Shown here: in pieces, positions 28,296-37,756 of the stretch
How the letters are laid out: each line of letters begins with the position of its first letter
Position numbering within the stretch: the stretch's first letter is position 1
Source of the DNA: an uncultured Pseudomonadales bacterium
GTDB taxonomy: Bacteria > Patescibacteriota > Microgenomatia > UBA1400 > PJMF01
Direction of reading: 5' to 3'
NCBI GenBank assembly: GCA_964457085.1
Contig: CAYWDM010000003.1
Coordinates: 64,218-128,217 of the forward strand
Length of the DNA: 64,000 nt
Notes under the pieces: model-generated
Told to the model about the DNA's origin: nothing
What the model saw: only the letters and a program-made list of their open reading frames with translations
The model's database searches: none
Made by a program: the position numbers and the translations under genes

Positions 28296-29480
28296 ATGTT
28301 AGGAATTCAGCAGCACAGTGACGGGTGTATGAGTGCAGTTTTTTCAGTTGCAGAACAGAGTATCGTATTGGCACTTTTGTCGCTGTACGGCATTGGTGAG
28401 CGTCGGTTTTGGCAGCTCTATTTTGTTTTAAAAAAAGCTCAATTAAGTTTACTAGATTTTTGGAATTATTCAGCTGAAATTCAAAAAAAGTTTATTGATG
28501 AGAAGTTTGTTGAGTCAATTAAAAAGCATAAATACGTATACAAAAATGATGATTATGAACAGTGGTTATTGCAGCACCAAATTTCGCCTATTGTATGGTC
28601 TACAAAAAACTATCCTGAGCGGTTAAAAACTATTGATTTTCCGCCACCAATTTTGTATGTTCGTGGGGAATTACCCGCAATGCATGCGGCATTGGCGATT
28701 GTAGGCAGCAGGCAAATGACTGCCTACGGTGAACAAGTTTTGCAGTCTTGGATTCCACATTTTGTCAAAGTTGGATTAGTAATTACTTCAGGGGCAGTTG
28801 TCGGTGTTGATCGGACGGCACAACAATTAGCGATTAATGCTGGCGGTCAAACAGTTGCAATTTTAGGATATGGACACTTATCATTGCAGAGTCGTTCGCA
28901 GCAATACTTACTAGATAGTTGGCGAGAGCGAGGAGCTTGCATTCTCAGTGGTTTTTCTCCCAACACAATTGCGAGTAAAGGCAGCTTTTTGGCGAGGAAC
29001 CACCTGGTGGCCGGAATCTGTGCTGGTGTCTTGGTAATTGAGGCAGCGGCCAAGAGCGGCAGCCTACATACTGCAGGGTTGGCTGCAGATTTTGGAAGGC
29101 CGTTAATGGCTGTGCCTGGATCAGTTTTTAATCCATTCGCAGTTGGTACGGCTGCTCTGATTAATCAAGGTGGTGAGATAGTGACCAATGTTACTGACGT
29201 ACTACGCTGTTTGAGAGAGACGGGGGTGCAGACTGTTTTTATGAAAACAGCATTGGAGAGTTTTGGTGAGAAGCGTGACATGAGTAACAATGCCCAACTA
29301 TCACAAGTAGCACAGCAGATTATTCAGTTACTCGAAGGTGGCGATTGGCAATTTGGTGAGTTGTTAGATCGATTGAGATCAAGTTATACCACTGCTGAAA
29401 TCTTAGTTGCAGTCAGCGAACTGGAATTGACTGACACTATTATAAGAAGGGGAACACAAGTTTTGTTAGCACATACATGA
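28296..29480 (+). CDS. dprA: DNA processing protein DprA
   Basis: Rossmann-like DprA core IVGSRQMT...GVDRTAQQLAI...AVPGS; start (28266 TTG / 28296 ATG / 28329 ATG) uncertain. Confidence 0.75.
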   Translation: MLGIQQHSDGCMSAVFSVAEQSIVLALLSLYGIGERRFWQLYFVLKKAQLSLLDFWNYSAEIQKKFIDEKFVESIKKHKYVYKNDDYEQWLLQHQISPIVWSTKNYPERLKTIDFPPPILYVRGELPAMHAALAIVGSRQMTAYGEQVLQSWIPHFVKVGLVITSGAVVGVDRTAQQLAINAGGQTVAILGYGHLSLQSRSQQYLLDSWRERGACILSGFSPNTIASKGSFLARNHLVAGICAGVLVIEAAAKSGSLHTAGLAADFGRPLMAVPGSVFNPFAVGTAALINQGGEIVTNVTDVLRCLRETGVQTVFMKTALESFGEKRDMSNNAQLSQVAQQIIQLLEGGDWQFGELLDRLRSSYTTAEILVAVSELELTDTIIRRGTQVLLAHT

Positions 29481-29619
29481 TGAGTTACATAATAGAATCG
29501 TTTTTTGACGTACCATCCTGTATGGTAATTGGAATGGAGTTTTACAATCAGTTCAGTGATAGAATGTTGAAGTCGCCAGAGGAATTGGTGATGCGTCAAA
29601 TCATAATTAGGATACAAAT

Positions 29620-31896
29620 ATGCAGCTTGTGATCGTTGAATCACCTACAAAGGCCAGAAAACTAAAAGGTTTCTTGGGTAGTGATTTCAAAGTTGAAGCA
29701 TCAGTGGGTCATGTTAGAGATTTACCAAAAAAGACGCTTGGAATCGACTTAGAGAAAAACTTTGAGCCGGTGTATGAGGTGAGTGTTGATAAGAAAAAAG
29801 TTGTTAAGCAGTTACAGTTACTGGCAAAAGATGCCACAAAAATCTATCTGGCAATGGATCCTGACCGAGAAGGAGAAGCGATTGCCTGGCATGTACAGTT
29901 TTTAATTGATGAAGCTGAGTCAAAGTCTAGTAAGTCTAAAAAAACCACTGGTACTGCTGAATCAGCTAGCCGATTTGTTCGTGCCACTTTTCATGAAATC
30001 ACCAAAACCGCAGTATTAGCAGCAATTGACCATCCGACTACTTTGAATATTGATTTAGTTAACGCACAACAAGCACGTAGAATTTTGGATCGCTTGGTGG
30101 GCTATCAAGTTTCGCCAGTATTGTGGAAGAAGGTGCGTCGTGGGTTATCAGCTGGTCGAGTCCAGTCTGTGGCTCTACGCTTAATTGCAGAGCGTGAGCG
30201 TGAGATTGAAGCATTTAAAGCAGAGGAGTATTGGGAAGTGGGTGTGCTCGTAGCACCACTGGGAAGTGCTGTAGTTTCCAGACCTGTATATCTCGAGGGT
30301 AAATTGCCAGAAGTACTGCCAGAGAATTACTTTCAAATCAATCTAGAAAAAGTAGATGAAAAAAAGTTTGCTGCAGACACCAAAGAAAAAGTTACTCCAC
30401 TCATAGCTGACCTAGAATTAGCAGCGTATCAAATTTTGAGTGTGGAAACAAAAGCCAGGTCTCGCCAAAGTTTGCCTCCATTTTCGACATCAACATTACA
30501 ACAATCAGCAGCTAATAAATTTGGTTTTTCAGCCAAGCAAACCATGGCTTTAGCACAGCAATTATATGAAGAGGGTTTGATTACCTATCATCGTACTGAT
30601 TCTGTAAATCTAGCCACCAGTGCCGTTGATATGGCACGGGCCTACATCTTAGATCGTTACGGTAAAGAGTATTTGCCAGATCAACCTCGCTACTTTGCTA
30701 ATAAATCAAAAAATGCACAAGAAGCTCATGAAGCAATTAGAGTTACTGATGTCCAATTAACAGGCGAGTCGATACTGCAGAAGGCCTCACAACTCACCGA
30801 TAGACACAGCAAGCTATATGATTTGATTTGGCGACGATTCTTGGCATGTCAGATGGCTAGTGCTGTCACTGATCAGACTGCCATGCTCGTTGCAGCTAAG
30901 CGAGAACATACATACCAGTTGAGAGCGACTGGATCGATTTTGCGATTCCCTGGTTGGACCACCCTTTTCCCCGGTGGAGAAGACCAACTATTGCCTCAGC
31001 TAACAGAGAAACAACAATTACAATTCGGTGATATCAACCCACAACAGAAGTTTACTCAACCACCTCCACGATATAACGATGCATCATTGGTGAAGGAACT
31101 AGAGAAACGTGGTATCGGTCGACCGAGTACATACGCCAGTATTATCTCGGTGATTGTTGATCGTGGGTATGTGGAGCGAACTGATAAAAAATTCTGGGCG
31201 ACTCAAATTGGTTTGGTTGTCAGTGATTTTTTGATTAAGTATTTTCCTGAGTTTATGAGTTACGACTTCACTGCAGAAATGGAAGAGGATTTAGATCGAA
31301 TTGCGCGTGGTGAAAAAGAATGGCGTAGTGTGGTTCAGACTTTTTATACACCGCTGGCTGCCAAAATCGCATCGGTGGTTGAGAGTGCAGAGCGAAGTCA
31401 GATTCCAGTCGAAAAAACAGGTGAAATCTGTCCACTGTGTGGCGAGACGGAGCATGGTGAGATAGTAATTAGATCAGGGAGATTCGGCAAATTTAAGAGT
31501 TGTTCGAGATTCCCCGAGTGTAAATACACCCAAAACTTAATCGAGACATTGCCTGATGTAACTTGTCCGTTGTGTGCAGAGGGACAAGTGGTGGTGAAGA
31601 AAACCAGATGGGGTAAACCATTTTTTGGTTGCGGACGATATCCTGAATGTACTTGGGCTAGTTGGCAGAAGCCAATTGCTGGACTGCGTATTACCCCAGA
31701 ACAATGGGCAATCTCGCAGGCCGAGCGGGCAGAGAGAATCGCTAAACGACAAGCCACAATGGCAAAAACAGCTCCAGCAGTTAAAAAACCAACCAAAAAA
31801 GCCACTCGAAAAAAATCTACAGCCAAACCTAAGTCAACTGTAAAACCAAAAAAACCAGCTGCAGCAACCCGTCGCAAGGCGACGGTGCAAAAGTAG
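29620..31896 (+). CDS. topA: DNA topoisomerase I
   Basis: Toprim N-terminus MQLVIVESPTKA, active-site region, three C-terminal C4 zinc ribbons, Lys-rich tail. Confidence 0.95.
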   Translation: MQLVIVESPTKARKLKGFLGSDFKVEASVGHVRDLPKKTLGIDLEKNFEPVYEVSVDKKKVVKQLQLLAKDATKIYLAMDPDREGEAIAWHVQFLIDEAESKSSKSKKTTGTAESASRFVRATFHEITKTAVLAAIDHPTTLNIDLVNAQQARRILDRLVGYQVSPVLWKKVRRGLSAGRVQSVALRLIAEREREIEAFKAEEYWEVGVLVAPLGSAVVSRPVYLEGKLPEVLPENYFQINLEKVDEKKFAADTKEKVTPLIADLELAAYQILSVETKARSRQSLPPFSTSTLQQSAANKFGFSAKQTMALAQQLYEEGLITYHRTDSVNLATSAVDMARAYILDRYGKEYLPDQPRYFANKSKNAQEAHEAIRVTDVQLTGESILQKASQLTDRHSKLYDLIWRRFLACQMASAVTDQTAMLVAAKREHTYQLRATGSILRFPGWTTLFPGGEDQLLPQLTEKQQLQFGDINPQQKFTQPPPRYNDASLVKELEKRGIGRPSTYASIISVIVDRGYVERTDKKFWATQIGLVVSDFLIKYFPEFMSYDFTAEMEEDLDRIARGEKEWRSVVQTFYTPLAAKIASVVESAERSQIPVEKTGEICPLCGETEHGEIVIRSGRFGKFKSCSRFPECKYTQNLIETLPDVTCPLCAEGQVVVKKTRWGKPFFGCGRYPECTWASWQKPIAGLRITPEQWAISQAERAERIAKRQATMAKTAPAVKKPTKKATRKKSTAKPKSTVKPKKPAAATRRKATVQK

Positions 31897-31897
31897 T

Positions 31898-32476
31898 ATG
31901 AAGATATTGTTATTTGGTGGTGCTTTTGACCCGCCACATCTGGGTCACCAGTCGATTGCTAAAAATGCCATAGCTCAAAACCTTGCTGATGAAGTTTGGT
32001 TTGTGCCCGTTAGACAACACTCATTTCAAAAAAATCTCAGTAGTCCAGCACATCGATTGGCCATGTTGCAATTGATTTTGGTGCCTGGCAGTCGGATTGA
32101 GACCTATGAAATGGAAACAACTGGTGTTAATTACACTTTTAACACCCTTGATGCCCTAACTTTGAAATATCCAGAACATCAATTCAGTTGGATCATTGGT
32201 TCTGACAATCTTGCAAGTTTTCACAAATGGGGAGATTCAAAAGGGCGCAACTATTTACAATTATTAGCCACTTATCCATTTTACGTATATCCCAGAGAAG
32301 GTTCCGCTTTTCATCCTTTGTATGACGGTATGACACCATTGCCCTCAATGCCTGAGGTAACAGTATCCTCAACTCAAGTGAGAACATTGGTGGCGGCTGG
32401 TAAATCAATTACAGAACTTGTTCCTAGTGAGATTGCCCAGTATATTGAGCAGAACCAGTTATATAGACCAAAATAA
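31898..32476 (+). CDS. nadD: nicotinate-nucleotide adenylyltransferase
   Basis: MKILLFGGAFDPPHLGH (HxGH) start. Confidence 0.85.
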   Translation: MKILLFGGAFDPPHLGHQSIAKNAIAQNLADEVWFVPVRQHSFQKNLSSPAHRLAMLQLILVPGSRIETYEMETTGVNYTFNTLDALTLKYPEHQFSWIIGSDNLASFHKWGDSKGRNYLQLLATYPFYVYPREGSAFHPLYDGMTPLPSMPEVTVSSTQVRTLVAAGKSITELVPSEIAQYIEQNQLYRPK

Positions 32477-32485
32477 GGAGTACTC

Positions 32486-32791
32486 ATGGTCAAATATCGA
32501 CAATATTACCAACAAATGGTGGATGAAAACAGAGAGTTGTTTAATGAGTTTTTGCCAATTCATCAGGAGTTTGTGGCCGACAAAGTGGCATGGTCCGCAA
32601 AATTTAATGAAGTTGGTCAAAAAGTAGTTGAAGTGATTCGAGCTTGGGATCGACGATTGTGTAGCGGCATGAGTAAAGGGAAATTCAGTGGTTATTCCCA
32701 ACAATTATCTGAGAAATTTTGGGCTGAAGTAAAAAAAGAGTTCACTCATATTGATATGGTTGGTGTTAAGATCGTAAAACGCACTGTTTGA
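32486..32791 (+). CDS. hypothetical protein
   Basis: 101 aa ORF between nadD and nadE. Confidence 0.4.
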   Translation: MVKYRQYYQQMVDENRELFNEFLPIHQEFVADKVAWSAKFNEVGQKVVEVIRAWDRRLCSGMSKGKFSGYSQQLSEKFWAEVKKEFTHIDMVGVKIVKRTV

Positions 32792-32809
32792 GTGCGTTAG
32801 AATAGGTGC

Positions 32810-33610
32810 ATGCAACAGCAATTTTCGTCATTTCAACCAGAACAATGGCTCAAGCACAGCGATGCATTTATTGCACAGGTGTTTTCAAATGCACTCAAGT
32901 CAAAAGCAGTGATTGCAGTTTCGGGGGGAATTGATAGTGCAGTTGCTACTAGTTTATTGGTGCGTGTGCTTGGAGCTCAAAATGTGATTGGGGTGTGTTT
33001 ACCGTATGGTGAACAGGATATGTCCGATGCACACACCCTCATGAATCACCTTGGTTTGTCGACAGATTCACAATTAATGATGGATATTAAACCAATTGTC
33101 GCTCAGTCTGCAACTATTGCTGGATTTTCACCTGACACAACTGATGTCGGGCAACAATTGAGGTTGGGGAACATGATGGCTCGTAGTCGAATGCTGTTGG
33201 TATTTGATCTGGCAAAAAAAATAGAAGCCTTGGTTTGCGGGACTGAAAACAAATCAGAACATTATTTGGGATATTTCACCAGATTTGGAGATGCTGCTTC
33301 AGATCTTGAGCCACTAGCAAATCTATACAAAACACAGGTCAGAATGGTAGCGGAAGCATTGCAGCTTCCTGAAGTATTTTTGGCAAAATCGCCCTCAGCT
33401 GGTTTATGGCCGGGACAAACGGATGAAACCGAATTGGGTTTTAGTTATGCTGAGGCTGATATTGTTTTGTCAGAACTGATCGATAAAAAAACTGCGAGAG
33501 TACAATTAGCTCAGCAAACTAGTTTGTCCCCAGAAACAATTACAAAGGTGCTTGCCCAGATTGACAGTAGCGCATTTAAATTGCAGGTACCGTATCTGCC
33601 CACTGACTAA
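32810..33610 (+). CDS. nadE: NH3-dependent NAD+ synthetase
   Basis: PP-loop AVSGGIDSAV (SGGxDS). Confidence 0.8.
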   Translation: MQQQFSSFQPEQWLKHSDAFIAQVFSNALKSKAVIAVSGGIDSAVATSLLVRVLGAQNVIGVCLPYGEQDMSDAHTLMNHLGLSTDSQLMMDIKPIVAQSATIAGFSPDTTDVGQQLRLGNMMARSRMLLVFDLAKKIEALVCGTENKSEHYLGYFTRFGDAASDLEPLANLYKTQVRMVAEALQLPEVFLAKSPSAGLWPGQTDETELGFSYAEADIVLSELIDKKTARVQLAQQTSLSPETITKVLAQIDSSAFKLQVPYLPTD

Positions 33611-33616
33611 GGAACT

Positions 33617-34153
33617 ATGAAAGAGATTAATCGCAAAATAATACTTGATTACAATAAAATGGCAGAGATTGTCCAAGCACATCGTGTCTTGGGACATCGC
33701 ATTGTGTGCACCATTGGCTCATGGGATATGTTGCATATTGGCCATATGAGATACCTCAATCGTGCCAAGGAAGCTGGGGATATTCTCTTAATCGGAGCCG
33801 ACAGTGATCGAGGCATTAAGCTCTACAAGAAAAGCGATTTGCGTCCCATCATTCCTCAAGATGAACGAATGGAAATGCTGGCATATCAAGATTGTGTCGA
33901 CTATGTCACATTAATAGACGATGTCGATGAAAAAGGTGGCTGGCTCTATGGGTTACTCAAAGTTGCCAAACCAGACGTTTTTGTAGCAGTGACTGATAGT
34001 TATCCTCCAGCACAGATTAAAGATATTAAAAAAATGGTCAAGGAAGTTATCTTATTACCTCGCCAAGCAGAGAAGACCTCTTCAACAAACATTATTGAAA
34101 AAACAGTGAAGAGCCATCTTGAAAAAATGCTGTTTCAATTGAAGCAGCGATAA
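33617..34153 (+). CDS. cytidylyltransferase-family nucleotidyltransferase (RfaE domain II-like)
   Basis: GSWDMLHIGH (G.FD.LH.GH) and LIGADSDRGIK...RPIIPQDER motifs parallel heptose-1-P adenylyltransferase / NadM-type enzymes. Confidence 0.55.
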   Translation: MKEINRKIILDYNKMAEIVQAHRVLGHRIVCTIGSWDMLHIGHMRYLNRAKEAGDILLIGADSDRGIKLYKKSDLRPIIPQDERMEMLAYQDCVDYVTLIDDVDEKGGWLYGLLKVAKPDVFVAVTDSYPPAQIKDIKKMVKEVILLPRQAEKTSSTNIIEKTVKSHLEKMLFQLKQR

Positions 34154-34159
34154 AGATAC

Positions 34160-35032
34160 TTGATGACAGAGAAAGATGCATATTTGAAACCTGATGTGAT
34201 GAATGATCGCAAACTCAATACAAAACCGCCAACTGAGCTAATTCGGAAGGGTCTGGTTTTGTTTGATGGTGATGGTACTGCAACCAATCTTGCTCGAGAA
34301 ATTACACCCCGCACTAGAAAAGCACTTACATTAGCTCATCAAAATCAACTTCGATTTGGGCTCTGTACTGGTCGGCAATTGGCACAATTATGGAATTATG
34401 CCTTGCCGTTATTTCCTGACCAGGCAATGCATGTGTTATCTGGAGGGGCACAAGTTGCAACCACAAAAGGGGAAGTGTTATGGGAACGACGAATTCCAAG
34501 TCAGGTAGTTAGAGAACTATGCGAGCTTGCAGATGCGAATGGCTGTGGTTTTGGATTTGGCACTGGGCCAGTGCTACATGTGAACCAACCGTTATTAGAG
34601 CGTTTTGAAACCGATAGCTGGAAGGTCAAAGCACAAGTTCCAGATTCAAGTTTAGCTGATTGGTCATCACCACTGTTGATTGTTAATCACTTGAATGCTG
34701 ACATGCGTAAAATATTGGACGCAAGTGATTTGGAGGTGAATTACATGATTGGTAAAGGCAATATTCCGTATGCAGATATCACATATAAAGGAGTGAATAA
34801 AGCTGATGGCATACGAGTTTGGGCAGAATTGAATGGTGTAGTTCCTCGAGATATTATTGGCATCGGTGATGGTGATAATGACCTTCCATTTCTAAAGAAT
34901 GTTGGTTGGGCAGTGGCTATGGGTAATGCCTATCCACCGGTCAAGGCAATCGCACAACAAATTATTGGTCACACGGACGATGATGGTTTGGCGATTTTTC
35001 TTGAGCAACTTGTGCAAGCTAGAAATTCTTGA
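34160..35032 (+). CDS. HAD-superfamily hydrolase, Cof-like
   Basis: LVLFDGDGT (motif I), GIGDGDNDLPFL and GNA motifs. Confidence 0.7.
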   Translation: MMTEKDAYLKPDVMNDRKLNTKPPTELIRKGLVLFDGDGTATNLAREITPRTRKALTLAHQNQLRFGLCTGRQLAQLWNYALPLFPDQAMHVLSGGAQVATTKGEVLWERRIPSQVVRELCELADANGCGFGFGTGPVLHVNQPLLERFETDSWKVKAQVPDSSLADWSSPLLIVNHLNADMRKILDASDLEVNYMIGKGNIPYADITYKGVNKADGIRVWAELNGVVPRDIIGIGDGDNDLPFLKNVGWAVAMGNAYPPVKAIAQQIIGHTDDDGLAIFLEQLVQARNS

Positions 35033-35925
35033 GTCCAAATGCTATGAAACAATCAGCACTTATTTTATACATGCCGGTAATCCATCAAGGATATGTGCGT
35101 TTATTGGAGAGTTTAACTCAGAGCTGCCAAATATATGTATTGCAACCTTCTCTGGCGGCTGATTTGCTTGGTATACAAGCTGACCCTGCTACATTGACGG
35201 CGGAAGAGTGTAAGGCCTTTTTAGAGATGAAAGGTTGGGAGGAGGTGCAAACTCTGGTTGCAAATAATCGGACTGAATTGTCTCAAGAGTTAGCATCATT
35301 CTCATCATTTGGTGAGGTACATTTGGTCGATGATCAGGTTGGGCGTGCAATAAACATGTTGCTGCAGTCGCAAGTATCAGCAACAAAAACAGCTCCAGAA
35401 ACTACCTGGCACACTGTTTTTTTACGGTGGGATAGCGATAGCGTCCAACAAACTTTGGCTGTAGATGTTGCAAAAACCACTACTACGGATCATCAAAAAT
35501 GGATGTCGATAGCGGATAAAATTGCAAAAAAAAGTAGTGACTGGTGGCGACAAGTTGGCTCAATTGCAGTAAAAAACAACTCAGAAATTTTACAGGCTTA
35601 CAACCAAGGTATGCCAGATGATCACACCCCATATCAGTATGGGGCGGTTCGTGATTATGTGACAACTGGGAGCTCTCCAGAATTGGCAAATTACATCCAC
35701 AGCGAGCAGAACTTGATTGCACTGGCAGCTGCACAAGGACTGTCACTAGCTGGGGCAGATTTGTACGTCACTCATTTTCCCTGTCCAGTTTGTGCGAAGT
35801 TGATCGCAAAGGCGGGTTTTAAAAAAGTCTATTTTAAAACTGGATCTGCAACACTTGATGGAAAGACCGTGTTAGAACAGCACAACATTGAGTTGATTCA
35901 GGTGATTTTGGATACAGATGACTAG
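35029..35925 (+). CDS. dCMP/CMP deaminase-family protein with ~150-aa N-terminal extension
   Basis: HSEQNLI...PCPVCAKLI zinc-binding deaminase motifs in C-terminal half. Confidence 0.6.
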   Translation: MSPNAMKQSALILYMPVIHQGYVRLLESLTQSCQIYVLQPSLAADLLGIQADPATLTAEECKAFLEMKGWEEVQTLVANNRTELSQELASFSSFGEVHLVDDQVGRAINMLLQSQVSATKTAPETTWHTVFLRWDSDSVQQTLAVDVAKTTTTDHQKWMSIADKIAKKSSDWWRQVGSIAVKNNSEILQAYNQGMPDDHTPYQYGAVRDYVTTGSSPELANYIHSEQNLIALAAAQGLSLAGADLYVTHFPCPVCAKLIAKAGFKKVYFKTGSATLDGKTVLEQHNIELIQVILDTDD

Positions 35926-36928
35926 TGATATTCGTTTGCCAATTACCATTTTGTCTGAGGTGTGTCGAAAAAATGACCTGGACTTTTCTGTGATAGATAG
36001 TTTCTCCAAATCAATTGTGAAGGTGAGTAGGGGAGATCAACATTTCTTAGCTGGTTTAGGAAAAGTGGGTATGTATCCACTTAATGCTCACTACAGTGCG
36101 TCAGTTGCAGGTGACAAAGCATGGACATACCAGCTGTTAACTCGAGCTGGATTTATAGTGCCTAGTGGTGACTATTTTTTTGTGACCAATGATTGGGCAG
36201 AGTTTCGATCTGAAGGTAAAGATATCGAATCTGCAGTAGTGTTTGCAGCTAAACTTGGCTATCCAGTGTTTGTAAAGCCAAACGATGCCTCTTCCGGTGT
36301 GTTGGCTGAATTAATCACTGACGAGCGAGGCCTGCGTGATCATTTACAGCGAATTGCACTCAAAAGTCCAATCGCCCTAGTACAACAGTATCTAGATTTT
36401 CCAGAGTATCGATTGTTCGTAGTTGATGGAGAAGTACAGTATCTATACCGACGCGAGAAACCGAAGGTGATAGGTGATGGTAAGTTGAGTATTATTGAAT
36501 TAATCGAAAAAATGAATCGAGACATTCCCATTGCCAGTCATCGAATTGATGCACAAACAGATTATTTGAAAACGCAGTTACAGCAGCAAAACGTGCAACT
36601 TCAGAATATTTTACCTCTGGGAGAATCATTGTTTGTAGCCGCTCATGCCAACTTGGCTAGTGGTGGTGAGTTACTGGAATATACTGAATCAGTGCCATCC
36701 CAGGTTCACGAATTTGCTGCAACAATTTCCAATGAACTGGGACTACGTGTGGCTGGCATTGATGTCTTCATTCCTGGCAGTTTGACCACCGAAATCTCAA
36801 CCAAAAACTGGACCATAATTGAAGTAAACAGCAACCCAAATCTAGCGGGAATTTACACGCATAATCATCAAGAAAAAGCACTAGAAATTTGGAAAAAAAT
36901 AATATTCAAATTTTTTAATAAAGATTGA
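35918..36928 (+). CDS. ATP-grasp ligase (RimK/CofF-like)
   Basis: PVFVKPNDASSG (ATP-binding Lys), LVQQYLDFPEYRLFVV, IIEVNSNPNLAG (E-x-N Mg site). Confidence 0.6.
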   Translation: MTSDIRLPITILSEVCRKNDLDFSVIDSFSKSIVKVSRGDQHFLAGLGKVGMYPLNAHYSASVAGDKAWTYQLLTRAGFIVPSGDYFFVTNDWAEFRSEGKDIESAVVFAAKLGYPVFVKPNDASSGVLAELITDERGLRDHLQRIALKSPIALVQQYLDFPEYRLFVVDGEVQYLYRREKPKVIGDGKLSIIELIEKMNRDIPIASHRIDAQTDYLKTQLQQQNVQLQNILPLGESLFVAAHANLASGGELLEYTESVPSQVHEFAATISNELGLRVAGIDVFIPGSLTTEISTKNWTIIEVNSNPNLAGIYTHNHQEKALEIWKKIIFKFFNKD

Positions 36929-36929
36929 T

Positions 36930-37676
36930 ATGAACATTAAAGCAGTAAGAACAAAAATTGTACATTGCGGTGACTCAGTGGCTGATTTAATTACCACCTA
37001 TTTGCCAGAAATCGAAGAGAATTCTGTGATTGCCATTGCTTCTAAAATAGTTGCCTATGAACAAAATCAGTGGGTCAAAATAGACGACCAAAACCCAAAT
37101 CAAAAACATGAATTGGTGCAGCAACAAGCCGATTTGTATTTGGCCTCAGAGTATTCAAAATACAACATGATGTTGGCGATAAAGAATCACACGCTGACAG
37201 TGAATGCTGGCATTGATGAGTCAAATGCCGATGGTGGTTTTGTGCTTTGGCCAAAAGATCTGCAAATCTATACGAATCAACTCTGGGAAGTTTTGCGAAA
37301 AAAATATGGCTTGAAAAATCTCGGAATAATCATTACTGATAGTAAAACCACGCCATTTCGTTGGGGTGTGACTGGAGTATGTTTGGCACACTGTGGTTTT
37401 GGAGCATTGCATGATTATGTGGGTGAGCAAGATTTATTTGGCCGACCAATTACCATGGAGCAGACCAATATTTCAGAGGCGGTTGCAGCAGCTGCAACTT
37501 TGGAAATGGGTGAGGTAGCAGAGTCACAACCACTGGCGGTGATTACTGAGATTCCGCTAATTAAATTTCAAGATCGACAACCAACAACAGCTGAGATTGA
37601 CCAACTCAAAATCGAGATTGAGGATGATGTCTATGGTCCACTGCTAACAGCTGTAGACTGGAAAAAGGGCGGTTGA
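36930..37676 (+). CDS. CofE-like protein (F420-0:gamma-glutamyl ligase family)
   Basis: NAGIDESN, GIIITDSKTTPFRWG, DLFGRP...EAVAAAATLEMGE motifs parallel CofE/FbiB N-domain. Confidence 0.5.
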   Translation: MNIKAVRTKIVHCGDSVADLITTYLPEIEENSVIAIASKIVAYEQNQWVKIDDQNPNQKHELVQQQADLYLASEYSKYNMMLAIKNHTLTVNAGIDESNADGGFVLWPKDLQIYTNQLWEVLRKKYGLKNLGIIITDSKTTPFRWGVTGVCLAHCGFGALHDYVGEQDLFGRPITMEQTNISEAVAAAATLEMGEVAESQPLAVITEIPLIKFQDRQPTTAEIDQLKIEIEDDVYGPLLTAVDWKKGG

Positions 37677-37756
37677 TGAGGTGGTGATGACAATCATGCC
37701 AGCATTTGCTACATTCAACTGAGACATTGACACAGTGCAATGTCCACAAGGAATGT

